From contig NC_087245.1 in assembly GCF_037042905.1 (NCBI RefSeq), positions 10,604,001 through 10,668,000 on the forward strand: DNA of 64,000 nt. The letters run 5' to 3'. The notes under the pieces were generated by a model. That model searched no databases. It was given only the letters and a program-made list of their open reading frames with translations, and was not told the DNA's origin. The stretch is from Lytechinus pictus (taxonomy: Eukaryota). Of the stretch, positions 63,141 to 64,000 are shown one piece after another (position 1 is the first letter of the stretch; the number at the start of each line of letters is the position of its first letter). The position numbers were made by a program, and so were the translations under genes.

Positions 63141-64000
63141 TACAACGATTGTAGTAAGAGAAGAGCATTCATCAACCATATATGGTAAGAATTTTTTATT
63201 CAAATTATCTATATTTTTGTTAATCTCCAAAACATTTCAATCCCAAACCGAGTGACTTGCACAATTTTTTTGTGTATCAGTCCCATTTATTACTTTTCAT
63301 GTAGGCCTATTGTTTTGAAATATACATGTATATTGAATATATTCCTCTCGACATCTTTACTCTAACTTCAGTTTAAGTAGACCTAGGCCCCCAAAGGGAA
63401 AACCTTTTGAGACTAGTCTTGGGTCTAACATTAGGCCTAGATCTAGCCTAGGCCCAAGATCTATAATATCCGTCTGTTTGGAGGAGAATTTAACATTGTT
63501 TTGACTTTTTTATTTTCATGAAGGCTGCAAAACGTAACTTTGTTAGACTCTAGTGGCATGCCATATACATAGTGGAGCAACTATATCAATCTAGGTGTAC
63601 ATAGTAATAGGTCGAGATCTAGAGTAGAGACTTGTAGACTCTATCAAAATATAGATTTTAACGTTAGTTCTAAAAAATAAAATGTAGGCTAGTCTAGATC
63701 TATTCATCTAGGCCTGAAAAAGGAAGTAAGCTAGGGACCTAGCATTGGATTATGTCTAGGACTAAAGGATCTTGATTTAGGCTTACATCTAAAGCTAGGG
63801 GCTGTAGTTTGAGATCTAGAGGCCTAGCCCCTCCCCCCAAATATTAAAAACTAGAACCAAGCCCACAGCTACATGTAGTTCTCTATGTAGCCAAACAAAA
63901 GTTAGCATTGACCTTTGTCTTAATCTTATTTTGGCGTAGATGTTTGTAGTTACCATACAAACACATGTTTTGATGAATGAGAAAATGTGTCTTGCAGATT

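Overview
AT-rich, intron-rich animal genomic DNA. The repeat landscape suggests a marine invertebrate deuterostome, probably a sea urchin (inference). I reconstructed three spliced genes by hand from GT-AG boundaries and frame continuity. (1) GMPPA on the minus strand: 11 coding exons, 422 aa, with two intact, tandemly duplicated 101-nt terminal exons (4531-4631 and 1730-1830) encoding different C-termini. (2) A 104-aa CCDC200-like gene on the plus strand (24764-28488), head-to-head with GMPPA. (3) A ~1607-aa predicted secreted protein on the plus strand (34038-49673): signal peptide, three CUB domains lacking the usual cysteines, mucin-like S/T tracts, a 47-aa tandem repeat and a C-terminal PAN/apple domain. 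Non-coding DNA is dense in non-autonomous transposons: Kolobok-, Harbinger-, hAT- and Tc1/mariner-type MITEs, two 3.1-3.5 kb foldback elements built from ~176-bp tandem units, a 5'-truncated L1/Tx1-type LINE with a 21-bp TSD, and SINE/LINE tails. There are also minimal type-I hammerhead ribozyme motifs of the Penelope-associated kind. No CRISPR array, rRNA or tRNA was recognised. All family assignments come from recalled sequence knowledge, not database searches.
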